DNA from: an uncultured Candidatus Saccharibacteria bacterium
GTDB taxonomy: Bacteria; Patescibacteriota; Dojkabacteria; J137
Assembly: GCA_964445405.1 (NCBI GenBank)
Contig: CAYUKX010000003.1
Location: 4,907 to 43,090, forward strand
DNA length: 38,184 bases
Direction of reading: 5' to 3'
Shown one piece after another: positions 38,133 to 38,184 of the stretch; positions within the stretch are counted from its first letter, which is position 1; each line of letters begins with the position of its first letter. The notes beneath the pieces are model-generated. The model saw only the letters and a list, made by a program, of their open reading frames with translations, made no database searches and was not told the DNA's origin. Position numbers and translations under genes: made by a program.

Positions 38133-38184
38133 TTTATTCCTAAACTAAATGATTATTTAGCTTGTTTATTAGCCTCTTTCTTTG

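Noticed and set aside
38140-38184. Possible 3' end of a further minus-strand gene at the right edge of the window. All three minus-strand frames reach a stop between 38140 and 38171; one reads ...KKEANKQAK-stop.
   Set aside because: Fewer than 15 codons are visible and all three frames are equally plausible, so nothing can be called.

Overview
The window is AT-rich and densely packed with genes. Its content and style fit a small-genome, Patescibacteria/CPR-like bacterium; that taxonomic call is inference, not measurement. TGA is used as a stop codon at several overlapping gene junctions, so the standard bacterial code applies, not a UGA-recoding one. Shine-Dalgarno sequences are mostly not visible.

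Gene order:
- mutL (5' truncated), DUF192, clpP, tRNA-Val, a thrS-like gene, infC-rpmI-rplT
- class A PBP on the minus strand
- tRNA-Ser, a GT-C-like membrane protein, a 40-aa small ORF, recG, a SpoU/TrmH methyltransferase, rsmD, rpmF-nusB-rnc, rpsP
- an 11-kb minus-strand type IV pilus locus: pilB-pilT-pilC-pilA-pilD, four minor pilins, pilM-pilN-pilO-like. No secretin is present.
- holB-like gene, a VanZ-like gene, gyrB-gyrA
- a roughly 680-bp non-coding tract
- a minus-strand operon: LCP-family gene, yebC, ruvC, ruvA, ruvB, and an FN3-plus-polytopic membrane protein

I did not find a clear novel multi-gene system such as a defence island, CRISPR array or mobile element carrying genes. The items most worth follow-up are:
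1. The gene in the thrS position keeps the editing and anticodon-binding domains but appears to have lost the class II catalytic motifs.
2. The gyrA-distal non-coding tract is bracketed by a perfect 14-nt inverted repeat, one copy of which lies inside an 11-6-11 recombinase-core-like palindrome.
3. Several features of the type IV pilus locus and of the promoter/leader architecture.

All calls rest on reading the sequence and ORF translations by eye. No database search was run.
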